A stretch of 64,000 nucleotides of DNA from a virus. The DNA lies in the IMG/VR virus record IMGVR_UViG_3300023491_000002. One strand, 5' to 3'. Shown piece after piece: positions 48,974 to 57,968 of the stretch. Position 1 is the first letter of the stretch, and each line of letters begins with the position of its first letter. The notes under the pieces are model-generated. The model saw only the letters and a program-made list of their open reading frames with translations, ran no database searches and was not told where the DNA came from. The position numbers and the translations under genes are program-made.

Positions 48974-49318
48974 TTAAATTTCAATTTTCGTAATCGTAAA
49001 AATACCTTTAACACTTTTAGTAATAGCCTTTTTACAATAATCCAACAATTCATTATCTAATGGCTTAGTAAAGTCATATAGTTTAAACTGTTTAGGAAGT
49101 GTAACAAGCCTATTATAATTTTCATAACCATCTGTATAATAACAAACAACAGAAATTCGATTCTTAACCGACCATAACTGATTATTATACAAAGTGACAA
49201 TTTTGCTACCAATATTAACTTGAGAAGTATCAGCACTCTCATCAATAGATACAATAGTACCATAGATTCCCCTAGAGGTAACAACTCTATCACCAACAAC
49301 AAAGTCTATTTCAGTCAT
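48974..49318 (-). CDS. Hypothetical protein (114 aa)
   Basis: ORF. Confidence 0.5.
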   Translation of the reverse strand: MTEIDFVVGDRVVTSRGIYGTIVSIDESADTSQVNIGSKIVTLYNNQLWSVKNRISVVCYYTDGYENYNRLVTLPKQFKLYDFTKPLDNELLDYCKKAITKSVKGIFTITKIEI

Positions 49319-49354
49319 AATATATACTTTAGTATTAGCATCACTCCACGTAGC

Positions 49355-49410
49355 ATTTCCAGACCCCAGTAGGGAGATAGGACTGGAACGGGGCGGAACT
49401 TAGAGCATAC
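49355..49410 (+). repeat. Interspersed GC-rich mini-element, copy E
   Basis: TTTCCAGACCCCAGTAGGGAGATAGGACTGGAACGGGGCGGAACTTAGAGCATAC. The 3' flank overlaps the stop codon of the 49400..49810 gene. Confidence 0.85.
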
Positions 49411-49810
49411 CTTTAAAATCAATAGTAACTACTTTATCATCTTTAACAGAATGAAGAATACAATAATCAAGTTCATTAATCGTACAATCAAAAGTATCTG
49501 CAACAGCTTTAGGTAGTGTTTCAATTGCGGCTTCCCATCCGCCTTCAACAATTGAAAAGATACCACCTTTAGCACCACGAGATAGTGCAAATACACCTTG
49601 TCCTTTGAATCTCTCAATAGTACCTCTGTTATTCATAACAGTATATCCACAATCTAGGCAATTACCCATAACATTGCTAGGACCGGCACTAAACTTATAC
49701 TTACCACAACAAGGACAAACTTGAGTAATACAATGATCACGTTCTCTAGTAACAATGAGATTATTTTGAATACTCTCAAAAGCTTTTTCTATATCCATTC
49801 TGTATAACAA
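49400..49810 (-). CDS. Zn-ribbon protein (136 aa)
   Basis: CPCCGK...CLDCG pairs. The stop codon lies within the 3' flank of repeat copy E. Confidence 0.5.
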   Translation of the reverse strand: MLYRMDIEKAFESIQNNLIVTRERDHCITQVCPCCGKYKFSAGPSNVMGNCLDCGYTVMNNRGTIERFKGQGVFALSRGAKGGIFSIVEGGWEAAIETLPKAVADTFDCTINELDYCILHSVKDDKVVTIDFKGML

Positions 49811-50367
49811 TCACAAGGTTTACAACGAGTATATTTATTAGGAGTATTCCATTCTACAGAATCATATTGAATATAATCAGTATCAGGGTACATCTTTTCA
49901 ATAGCAGCTCTCGTCGAAATATCAGTTCCATAAATGCGAACATATTTATTTCTAAGTCTTGTAGAACATGGAAATGTAAAATAGAAATTACCTTTATCAC
50001 TTTCATGAACTTCAGAAACTTCTTTATGTGCATCTTCAAATCCACATATATCTGCAATATTAAGTCCAAGTTTTTGCCAATGCTCTTTCTTATCATCAAA
50101 TATCTCTTGAAATATACGAGAATTATTATTTGAATTAAGAATTTCATCAACATCTTTAACTTTAAGTCGTAAATCAGCAATCTTAGCCTTATCTCTGAAT
50201 ACTTTAGCATCTTCAATTGCTTTCTCAACTTTAGTAATAAAATACTGTGATTTAACATTAGTAAAACCTTTATTAAATATTGCAGGATTGAAATAAATAC
50301 AAACTAGACAACGAGGGTTATTACCCCTACGCTGTCTAGATTCGCAATTACTGCATTCACCACTCAT
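49789..50367 (-). CDS. Cys-rich hypothetical protein (192 aa)
   Basis: CSNCESRQ...CLVC at the N-terminus and CKPCDC at the C-terminus. Confidence 0.5.
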   Translation of the reverse strand: MSGECSNCESRQRRGNNPRCLVCIYFNPAIFNKGFTNVKSQYFITKVEKAIEDAKVFRDKAKIADLRLKVKDVDEILNSNNNSRIFQEIFDDKKEHWQKLGLNIADICGFEDAHKEVSEVHESDKGNFYFTFPCSTRLRNKYVRIYGTDISTRAAIEKMYPDTDYIQYDSVEWNTPNKYTRCKPCDCYTEWI

Positions 50368-50675
50368 TATCTCACACCATTACATTGAGCAGTTCGGAAC
50401 GTAATAGCACCGTCAATTGCAATTGTTTTAATTGTAATCGAAGGCATATCACAAAACAAACTATCAACAACAGTATTCAATATCTTTCGAAAGCCATCCC
50501 ACGGACGAACAGAACGATGAATAGTTTCCCAGCAATAACTGTAAAACATTTCACGCTCTAAACAATCAGCAAGATATCTATGATCTTTACCGCCTTTATC
50601 TAAGTGATAATTAATAGCCTTATCAATATCACTTTGTTGAATAACAAATGTCTTTAGATTTTCCTTTTTCGCCAT
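50367..50675 (-). CDS. Hypothetical protein (102 aa)
   Basis: ORF. Confidence 0.5.
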   Translation of the reverse strand: MAKKENLKTFVIQQSDIDKAINYHLDKGGKDHRYLADCLEREMFYSYCWETIHRSVRPWDGFRKILNTVVDSLFCDMPSITIKTIAIDGAITFRTAQCNGVR

Positions 50676-50782
50676 ATAATAAGAAAGATTAATAAATAGA
50701 TTAATAACTACGTTTGAAACTCAAACATCATAAAGCCTACAAAGATAAGCATTAATTTTGACTTAACCTAATAATCAAACAC

Positions 50783-51037
50783 TTATCTCGGTGATAATGC
50801 AGTTACAGATACGTCTTGCAATAGACCTACAACTGAACAAAATGATTCAAGTACGAATGCAATTAATACTATTCCACCTAAAATGAATAATGATAATACT
50901 AATGCTATCATCATTTGAACGTACCAAACCATTTCCATTCGGTGATAATACATATAACCTATTGAATCCACTAAAAACATAACTAATACAATTAGTAATG
51001 CTACTGTAAACCATAAAATAATAAAATGTACAATCAT
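50783..51037 (-). CDS. Small membrane protein (84 aa, about 3 TM helices)
   Basis: Strongly hydrophobic segments. Confidence 0.5.
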   Translation of the reverse strand: MIVHFIILWFTVALLIVLVMFLVDSIGYMYYHRMEMVWYVQMMIALVLSLFILGGIVLIAFVLESFCSVVGLLQDVSVTALSPR

Positions 51038-51375
51038 TGATTCTCTTGTCTTTTTCTAATTACATTGTTAATAACTCTGAGGATCTTCTTTTCAGCGTTC
51101 TTTCTATTTAACGCCCACATGTAAACGCATTTGTCCTCGTAAATGACGCTACGTGTCTTCTTAGTACAATCACCTTTAGACGTCCATACTAATTGCTCTT
51201 TAACTGTTACTTTTGCGGATTTTAATTCTCCCGTTTCTGTGTTAAATTGCCATAATGTTGAACCCGGTCTATATTTTATTGAGCCTATGTGCTTGTACTC
51301 TTGTTGCACTTGCTTTACAAACTCGATCTTGTCCTTATCTGGAAACAAGCTAGGTTTAAATATCTCACTGTTCAT
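51034..51375 (-). CDS. Hypothetical protein (113 aa)
   Basis: ORF. Confidence 0.5.
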   Translation of the reverse strand: MNSEIFKPSLFPDKDKIEFVKQVQQEYKHIGSIKYRPGSTLWQFNTETGELKSAKVTVKEQLVWTSKGDCTKKTRSVIYEDKCVYMWALNRKNAEKKILRVINNVIRKRQENQ

Positions 51376-51664
51376 GCACTTGATAAATGTATTCTATTTT
51401 AAATACTACGGCTTTTCCATCTTTACGTCCACCCGGCAAACATCGACACCCTTGACAGTCTTGTAATAACTTTAAATCACATTGTATTGCTGCACATTGA
51501 AATGCTCGTAAAGATGATTCTTCTGCATATACCAATGCTTCAAACTTTTTTGTTGTACCTTTTCTTATAAGTGGTACTACGTGTGGTTGATTATCAACTG
51601 ACACATACGTATAGTTTGTTGCATCTACTTTAAATTGAGATAGAAACTCTTTAGAATATTCCAT
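51365..51664 (-). CDS. Hypothetical Cys-containing protein (99 aa)
   Basis: ORF. Confidence 0.5.
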   Translation of the reverse strand: MEYSKEFLSQFKVDATNYTYVSVDNQPHVVPLIRKGTTKKFEALVYAEESSLRAFQCAAIQCDLKLLQDCQGCRCLPGGRKDGKAVVFKIEYIYQVHEQ

Positions 51665-51668
51665 ATAC

Positions 51669-51887
51669 TCACACTGTTACGAGTAATGCTGTACCTTGTG
51701 GTAAATACAACATTGGTGTTACGTGTAATGGTGTAAATTTCATCTTAGCTGATGATAATATCTTTTTAGCTGTATTAAATGCTGCTGCATCTTTAAATAC
51801 AACTACTGCGTTATTAGCATCATTACTACGAATACTAATAACATCCTTGATGGTTGCTTTGTTCACTTGTGCTACTTGTACTTCCAT
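51669..51887 (-). CDS. Small protein, member of a tandem paralog family (72 aa)
   Basis: Shared pattern V.[VI][KT]F[KA]D..A...A with the neighbouring small ORFs. Confidence 0.45.
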   Translation of the reverse strand: MEVQVAQVNKATIKDVISIRSNDANNAVVVFKDAAAFNTAKKILSSAKMKFTPLHVTPMLYLPQGTALLVTV

Positions 51888-51896
51888 AATTACAAT

Positions 51897-52112
51897 TTAT
51901 TTAATTAATAACTGTTTGTATCCTTTTATTCTCATTCTTCTAAACGCACGTTCGGATACAGTTAAACCTACGTTAGATAAGTTTAGTCTTGCTAACTTTA
52001 ATGCTTCTTTATCTTTGAATTTTATTTCTACCTCATTGAGATCTTTTTCTTTCACAGATACAACAGCAATTACTGATGTTGTACATGATTTTGATTTTAT
52101 TTGTATATACAT
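51897..52112 (-). CDS. Small protein, tandem paralog (71 aa)
   Basis: EVEIKFKDKEALKLARLNL shares the pattern with neighbours. Confidence 0.45.
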   Translation of the reverse strand: MYIQIKSKSCTTSVIAVVSVKEKDLNEVEIKFKDKEALKLARLNLSNVGLTVSERAFRRMRIKGYKQLLIK

Positions 52113-52115
52113 CTT

Positions 52116-52352
52116 TTAAGGCATTATTGCGATTATTTGTGTTTGTTTAAATTCTAATGTTAATGAAGTCACAAATTCATAGTTTACATCTGCTCCTTCT
52201 AATTCATATTCTGCATCATTCTTTGCGTCTAATGATGCGAATGTAACTCTTGTTTTATCAAAGTATGTTTCTATTTTGTCTACTTTAGTTAAACATACAC
52301 ATTCCTTTGATTCAATATCTGATTTTGCACTTGATGCTACTATTACAAACAT
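52116..52352 (-). CDS. Small protein, tandem paralog (78 aa)
   Basis: TRVTFASLDAKNDAEYEL shares the pattern. Confidence 0.45.
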   Translation of the reverse strand: MFVIVASSAKSDIESKECVCLTKVDKIETYFDKTRVTFASLDAKNDAEYELEGADVNYEFVTSLTLEFKQTQIIAIMP

Positions 52353-52517
52353 AAAATTTTGCGTTTACTTTTATTTATAACCGATTTTATCATACCGGAA
52401 GTCAGACTTGAAAATGCCATTTAAAACGTTTGAATTTGCCTTCTGTGACCTTAATTATATGGAGACAACCGAGAGGTCATCTCCATTAAACAAAGGCCCA
52501 TTCTCAATATATGGCGG

Positions 52518-52784
52518 TCAAATCTTTACTATCAGTATTACTAAGAGTATTGCTATTATTGCTAATAACCATATTCTTGTTGCTGCTGAATATCTCTTTT
52601 CAGCTTCTAAGTACACTTGAAGTTCATCATCATCCACATAGTCAAATAGATATTTGAAATGTGCTGCTAAGTAAAATACAAATGGTACTAAGAAAAACAC
52701 TAAACAATACAATATTTCTTCTATCATATCATGTGTCTTGATATATCTTTTAATTTCTTTGGTTGTGAGAAGTTTCTTTCTCAT
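52518..52784 (-). CDS. Small membrane protein (88 aa, 2 TM)
   Basis: Two hydrophobic helices. Confidence 0.5.
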   Translation of the reverse strand: MRKKLLTTKEIKRYIKTHDMIEEILYCLVFFLVPFVFYLAAHFKYLFDYVDDDELQVYLEAEKRYSAATRIWLLAIIAILLVILIVKI

Positions 52785-52942
52785 AATGGTAATGCTGAAT
52801 GAATTATTAAATTATTTACGATGTTTCTCTCGATACTCCAATATTAATGGAGGTACAATTGCTAAAAATATGAATACTAATGCTCCTACTATTTCTTCTG
52901 TTGTAAAATAATCTTCCATTTCTAAAGTTATTACTATAGGGA

Positions 52943-52992
52943 TGCTAAATGCTGCTCCTTCCAGTCCTTGTTCCCTATTGGGGATTGGAAAG
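52943..52992 (-). repeat. Interspersed GC-rich mini-element, copy F (CCCCAATAGGG variant)
   Basis: Reverse complement reads TTTCCAATCCCCAATAGGGAACAAGGACTGGAAGGAGCAGCATTTAGCATC. Confidence 0.8.
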
Positions 52993-52994
52993 CT

Positions 52995-53246
52995 CTACTG
53001 ATTGTTAAAAGTCTTTACGAATATCTTCTTTGATTCTCTTGATATTACAAGTTTATGAATAATTGGATATTCTTTTACACTTATTCTTGCGAATTTACAA
53101 AAATCTTTGATTTTATTTCTTACTTTATCTGATGCTACTTTTATTTCTATTGTTTCATCTGATACTACACATTCGGTATCTTTGTGACACTGTATTTCCA
53201 TTGTCACATTATACCTCGTACATACTACAGTTAATCTTATAATCAT
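52995..53246 (-). CDS. Small protein (83 aa), possibly related to the tandem paralog family
   Basis: IEIKVASDKVRNKIKDF resembles the paralog pattern. Confidence 0.4.
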   Translation of the reverse strand: MIIRLTVVCTRYNVTMEIQCHKDTECVVSDETIEIKVASDKVRNKIKDFCKFARISVKEYPIIHKLVISRESKKIFVKTFNNQ

Positions 53247-53263
53247 TATTGATAATATTAAGA

Positions 53264-53554
53264 TTAATACTCATCATCATTTAGTCTCTCTAAAAGCTCC
53301 TTTGTTGTTATATTAGATTCTTTTATAGATACTTCTTGTAATTCTCTTGGATCTACTATTAATTCTTTTTCATCTACGAACTCTGTTACAGGTATATTGT
53401 TTCTTCTAAGAAACTCTTGTACTCCATGTCTTGTTCGTGACGATGTTAATTTAAGAACTAATTGGTAATCTACCCATGATATTGATGCTGTTACTGGAAC
53501 TAACCATTCTGCTTCAATATCAGTTACAACTATTCTTAGAGTTCTCGATGTCAT
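53264..53554 (-). CDS. Hypothetical protein (96 aa)
   Basis: ORF. Confidence 0.5.
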   Translation of the reverse strand: MTSRTLRIVVTDIEAEWLVPVTASISWVDYQLVLKLTSSRTRHGVQEFLRRNNIPVTEFVDEKELIVDPRELQEVSIKESNITTKELLERLNDDEY

Positions 53555-53864
53555 GTTTCCATTGTTCTAATTGGTTTTTATACTCTAAGTGATTTATCTC
53601 ATACTCTTTGTTTCCACTGTCCATTGCAATTGCAATTAAATTCTTATTTAATGTTACAATTGATTGGTCAATTTCTGCTGAATACGAGATAAAGTGCTTT
53701 GCTTCTCTATGTACTAAGAATAATATTGAATCACTTAAACTATTTGCAATAGCTTTTGCTGCTTTCTGTTTAGTGAATATTAATTCGTTTCCATATACTA
53801 CGAATACATCATAAGTTACTGCTATGACTTCATCTGTTATTCGGTCTTTAATATATACTACCAT
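53520..53864 (-). CDS. Hypothetical protein (114 aa)
   Basis: ORF. First gene after the 0.8-kb non-coding island. Confidence 0.5.
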   Translation of the reverse strand: MVVYIKDRITDEVIAVTYDVFVVYGNELIFTKQKAAKAIANSLSDSILFLVHREAKHFISYSAEIDQSIVTLNKNLIAIAMDSGNKEYEINHLEYKNQLEQWKHDIENSKNSCN

Positions 53865-54687
53865 ACGCTTAATGTTTTAAATGAAACTAATACTACAAAT
53901 TCAATGAGATATAGTATTAGTTATAAAGCTTAAATAATTAATCTAAAAATATCTAAGTTTACTTCAAATCATATTGATGCTAATTCGAAGTATTTTGATA
54001 TTTGGAATGTTAATGTGAATTGTTTTGAATATGCTTAGGATTTATTGCGAATATTTCTGCGAATATTTCTAAAGCATTTAATAGCTCACTGAATACTGTA
54101 TACTCTATACTCCATACTCTTAATTATATTCAAATTGCTTTATTCTACATTAATTATACTAAATATAACATTGATACAATTGCAAATATTAAGAGTTTTG
54201 CGAATACTCATTCTGATTCTAATTCAAATCATATTGCTATTCGGATTCGATGTCTTGCAAGTATTTGAATTAATTTTGAATCTAATGCTAACGCTTTGAG
54301 TCTTTCAACTGCATATACTCTAATGCTTACTCTAAATTCTTTAAAGATTCAGATTCGCATTTTAGAGTATTCTGCAATTACTTTTAGTACTTCGCATATA
54401 AATTCTAGGCTTTTAATTGCATCTTTTCTACAGTTAATTCTAAACTTTTTATAGTTTTCGGTTTTCTGTATGAAATACTTTGATTTTAATTTGCAATTAC
54501 TAGTATAGCTTCGCAGATTCTATTTCCGCAAATTCAGATTCTAATTCAAAACTTTTTGCAGCTTTATATTCTCGGCGTGAAGCTCTCTGATTTTAATTTG
54601 CAATATTTGAACGCCGGAGAGGCGCGTGAGAAGACGTTTTTGAAGATGGTATTGCGAATGGTTGTGGAGATGCTACAAATCCCATTT
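53865..54687. promoter_or_regulatory. 0.8-kb non-coding island dense in short dispersed or tandem repeats (GCGAATATTTCT x2 tandem, ATACTCT x3 tandem, GATTCTAATTCAAA x2, GATTTTAATTTGCAAT x2, recurrent TTCGCA/TGCGAA and TTGCAAT); candidate origin or promoter-operator cluster
   Basis: No ORF longer than 84 aa. Repeats read directly from the sequence. Confidence 0.5.
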
Positions 54688-55533
54688 CTAATCCTCATCC
54701 TCACTCTCAACCTCAAATCCAAACTGCCTACATTTCTCCCGTATCCACTCACTAATATTCGGTTCATTCTCCGCCCATTTCGCAGCTTTCTCTTGCAATT
54801 CAGCAAATAAATTCTGTCCTAATGCTTCAATTTCTTTAACATATTCTGGGTACATATACTTCTCCAATCTGTCTAATACATCATATACCTTCTGATATTT
54901 CTTAGACAATTTCGATTGATCTTCCAAATACCTGTAAATATATAGAAGCTTCGCAAAGTCTTCAAGTTTGAACAACGTCGATACTTCGTAAGTCACTTCC
55001 AACGTCTCAACTGTCGGCATTGTTTCACGTGAAACATCAAGACGTTCTTCTGTTAATGCTAAGGCTTCAAGCTGTTTACAGCGTTTAAATTCAAGTATTT
55101 CTTTAGTAATATTATCAATGCCTCGAGCATATTCAGATTTACTTAAATCATCTTGCATATCAGCAAGCTTAGCATCAATTATCTTAACATTACGCTTAAA
55201 TTCTCTAATAGCATTATGAGCTAACTCGATGTCATTACTGCGTTTAATAATAGCATCATAGAGATTATCTTTAACAACTGGAGAACGATATGTACCTTTT
55301 GTACTTAGAGTAAGTGCAAATATATCCGGAAGTGTGACAATCTCCTTATAGTCTTCTCTATCTTTAAGAACATAATCAAGACGATTAGCTTCAAGATATT
55401 GTGTTAAAAATTTACAACTCTGTGCATTTGAATTAGAGAATCTTATATTCACTTCATCAGTATTGATGTAAAGTAAATCATAAGAAATATCAACAGTTTG
55501 ACCTTTATAAATAACGTGTAATTTCATGATCAT
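54688..55533 (-). CDS. Hypothetical protein (281 aa), acidic C-terminus
   Basis: Long ORF. Confidence 0.6.
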   Translation of the reverse strand: MIMKLHVIYKGQTVDISYDLLYINTDEVNIRFSNSNAQSCKFLTQYLEANRLDYVLKDREDYKEIVTLPDIFALTLSTKGTYRSPVVKDNLYDAIIKRSNDIELAHNAIREFKRNVKIIDAKLADMQDDLSKSEYARGIDNITKEILEFKRCKQLEALALTEERLDVSRETMPTVETLEVTYEVSTLFKLEDFAKLLYIYRYLEDQSKLSKKYQKVYDVLDRLEKYMYPEYVKEIEALGQNLFAELQEKAAKWAENEPNISEWIREKCRQFGFEVESEDED

Positions 55534-55603
55534 TAGTCGGATTAATTAAGTAACAAAAAGAAGAGGCAGCACTGAGAGTATACTCAGCACCACCTCATGA
55601 AAT

Positions 55604-56107
55604 TTACGCAGCTTCTTCTGCTTGTTCAGTAGCAACAGCTTCAACCGCTTTAGGCTTAACAACAGCTTCACGTTGCTTACGAGCTGTCTCGATGTTCTTG
55701 ATGAAGCCGGAAACAATATCCGCGCCAACACCAAGTTTACCGAATACACCGATAAGACCTAAGCTACCAACATTGTCAGCACCTGCAAAGCTGTTGAATG
55801 TCTTTGCATGATACGTCCATTCCTTGGTATCAGGGTCGATATAACCGGTCTCACCTGCAATATTCTCATCAATGCTGAAGTTCACAACATTACCTGCGAA
55901 TATAATCGCATTAAGACCGTATTTGTCATACTGATCATTAGTGATGTAAACATCAACAAGTGGAGCACCATTCAGAGGATCAACACGAACAATCCGACAA
56001 TCATGCCGAAATTTACCTTCTTCAAAGTCGTCTTTGTTAATCTCTTTAATAGAGATAATTTCACCGATAACTGAACGTCTCATTGGATTTTTTAATTCAT
56101 CTGCCAT
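55604..56107 (-). CDS. Hypothetical protein (about 167 aa)
   Basis: The ORF track starts at 56152 with a hydrophobic extension. MADELKNPM at 56107 is the more plausible start. Confidence 0.5.
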   Translation of the reverse strand: MADELKNPMRRSVIGEIISIKEINKDDFEEGKFRHDCRIVRVDPLNGAPLVDVYITNDQYDKYGLNAIIFAGNVVNFSIDENIAGETGYIDPDTKEWTYHAKTFNSFAGADNVGSLGLIGVFGKLGVGADIVSGFIKNIETARKQREAVVKPKAVEAVATEQAEEAA

Positions 56108-56200
56108 AACTTTAAGTATTAGAATTTCTAGGACGATCACCACGACCGCCAATTACAATAAGGGGTTTAGTCGTGTTGATTAGACGGAGTTTGTAGGGTC

Positions 56201-56237
56201 TAAAAAAAATAAGAGTAGCACTAATAGCACTACTCTT
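56201..56237 (-). terminator. Rho-independent terminator (minus strand)
   Basis: On the minus strand: AAGAGTAGTGCTATTAGTGCTACTCTT followed by ATTTTTTTT. Confidence 0.65.
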
Positions 56238-56333
56238 AACACATTAAGATTCTAATTCATCTAATAATGCCTCAGTAAAAGGATTAATCTCGATAGAATC
56301 TTCACCATTAACTTCATAATAATCACTCATAGC

Positions 56334-56522
56334 TTAATTGAATTTATCAGGTTTAATAATAGATAGCACAACAACTGCAATAATTGCACCAATAATGCAA
56401 CTAATAAATACATCACCATCAATAACTGATGCAAACCAATCAGCTAAACTCTCAGCAGCTAATAATAAGAAGAGCACCACCAATATGATGATGCACTTCA
56501 ATAACGTCTTTAATACTCTCAT
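56334..56522 (-). CDS. Small membrane protein (62 aa, 2 TM; holin-like topology)
   Basis: Two hydrophobic helices with a charged C-terminus. Confidence 0.4.
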   Translation of the reverse strand: MRVLKTLLKCIIILVVLFLLLAAESLADWFASVIDGDVFISCIIGAIIAVVVLSIIKPDKFN

Positions 56523-57073
56523 TTGTTTAACTCTTTTAATTCATTATACATATCCTTAATACCATGCTTAGCACAAGCAATCAACAAGTTAATATTATTA
56601 GTCTTAACAACATCAACCACTTGCTTGTGTGTAGTCGTATGAAACTTCACCTCTTCATTGATGTCTTCATCATCAATATACTGAGTAACATCAGCTATGC
56701 AATCTTTATAGACTACATCAATAATCTTACCAACAAGACCATCAATCTTATCAAAGATCTTCTTACCAATGAACAAGCGTTCAATAGTATTACCTTCTAG
56801 ATCATTGCAATCAATTAGATAACGATCTTGATAATCTTCAGTGTCTTTAAGAACAGCAATTGCATTTAATACGATTGCACTCATCTTCTTAACTTCAGGA
56901 GCATTAATCATTGTATTCATAAGATAGATACGATTCACCTTAGTATCGTGAGGTTCAAAATTAATATTTATTTTAATTAAATCCATGCTATCAAGCTGAG
57001 ATAGTCGTGAGATAATAGAAATTGTAACTGCAACATCTATATGGAAAATTGCAGTTCCAATTCGGAAAATCAT
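56519..57073 (-). CDS. Hypothetical protein (184 aa), first gene transcribed leftward from the divergent non-coding region
   Basis: ATG at 57071-57073 immediately adjacent to the GC hairpin. Confidence 0.55.
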   Translation of the reverse strand: MIFRIGTAIFHIDVAVTISIISRLSQLDSMDLIKININFEPHDTKVNRIYLMNTMINAPEVKKMSAIVLNAIAVLKDTEDYQDRYLIDCNDLEGNTIERLFIGKKIFDKIDGLVGKIIDVVYKDCIADVTQYIDDEDINEEVKFHTTTHKQVVDVVKTNNINLLIACAKHGIKDMYNELKELNK

Positions 57074-57090
57074 TCCTCATGAATCATTGA

Positions 57091-57146
57091 CGGGGGCATT
57101 CCCCCAAGCATTACAAGGGGGGTGCTGTCGTATAAGGAGGTCCCCG
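57091..57146. promoter_or_regulatory. GC-rich hairpin cluster at the edge of the divergent non-coding region: GGGGG-CATT-CCCCC (57092-57105), G6 run (57116-57121), GGAGGTCCCCG
   Basis: Extreme local GC content in an AT-rich genome, immediately upstream (minus strand) of the gene starting at 57073. Confidence 0.5.
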
Positions 57147-57152
57147 TAAATA

Positions 57153-57800
57153 GCCTCTCACAATCGATATAAAGTCAAGCAACAGAGTCACTAAAAGTCT
57201 TAGAATTAATAATTGTAATAACAATAGAAAATGTTTTAGAATTTGCAATAAAAGAATCATGAGAATAAGCCATACAATAGAGCTAATAGAAGTCTTAGAA
57301 TTATCGTCACTAAAATCAATAGAAACTCCATAAGAATCAAAATTAAAAATTGCATTACTAAAAGCCTTAAAATAACCAATAATAAAATCCAGAGAATATC
57401 CGCAATAAATTGTAATAGAATAGGTTCCTGCACACAAACTCTCATAATCGGTATAAAGTCGAACAACAGTGTCATTAAAGCCAATAGAAAATTGAATAGT
57501 AATAGTGTTAGAAAATGCTTTAGAATTAATAATAGAAGATTGGTAAAGACGAGCCTATGTAATAGAAATTGCAAAATGAATTAAATTAGCTGCCCTGCTT
57601 ATATCCAAAGTTCCTTAAGCAATTGCAATATCAAAAGAATTAGAATAAGCACTTAAATCGCTCTGTGTACAAATCCGAATATTAGAACTTGCAATGTGAA
57701 TTAAATAAGAAGCCTTACTTATATTCAAAGTAATTTGAGTAATACTAAAAGTATACTTAATATAATCGGCATTAGCTTTAAAATTAATTAGAGTAACATT
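57153..57800. repeat. Degenerate tandem (iteron-like) repeats with a period of about 283 bp, at least 2.5 copies, containing roughly 120-bp sub-repeats and many ATTGCAAT/TTTGCAAT motifs
   Basis: CTCTCACAATCGATATAAAGTCAAGCAACAGAGTCACTAAAAG at 57153 aligns with CTCTCATAATCGGTATAAAGTCGAACAACAGTGTCATTAAAG at 57436. ATTGCAAAATGAATTAAATTAGC at 57568 aligns with CTTGCAATGTGAATTAAATAAGA at 57688. Confidence 0.7.
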
Positions 57801-57968
57801 AAGACAATCAGCATAAGCATTATCAAAATTCAGTGTATAATTTGCCAAAAATGTAAGCCGAAATGTGGTAACGTTGATTCTATTACAAATAATATTACAA
57901 GTAATATCAGAGTTACTCTAAGTAGTAATAGTATTAATACTACCGGTATTTATAATAACTTTGATGAG

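Noticed and set aside
54556-54810. ORFs 54556..54810 (plus) and 54564..54806 (minus)
   Set aside because: They overlap each other and the 3' end of the 54688..55533 gene and span the repeat-rich non-coding island. They have no distinctive composition.
57091-57180. tRNA or other structured RNA gene in the GC-rich patch (and in other GC-rich non-coding segments)
   Set aside because: No cloverleaf could be drawn by eye: no GTTCRANYC T-loop and no D-arm consensus. The GC hairpins are better explained as isolated stem-loops.
57545-57617. Stop-codon reassignment (TAG or TAA recoding), as reported for some crAss-like phages
   Set aside because: All long ORFs in the window terminate cleanly at TAA or TGA. 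In-frame stops occur only in the repeat-derived pseudo-ORF of the non-coding region. There are no suppressor tRNA or release-factor genes in the window.
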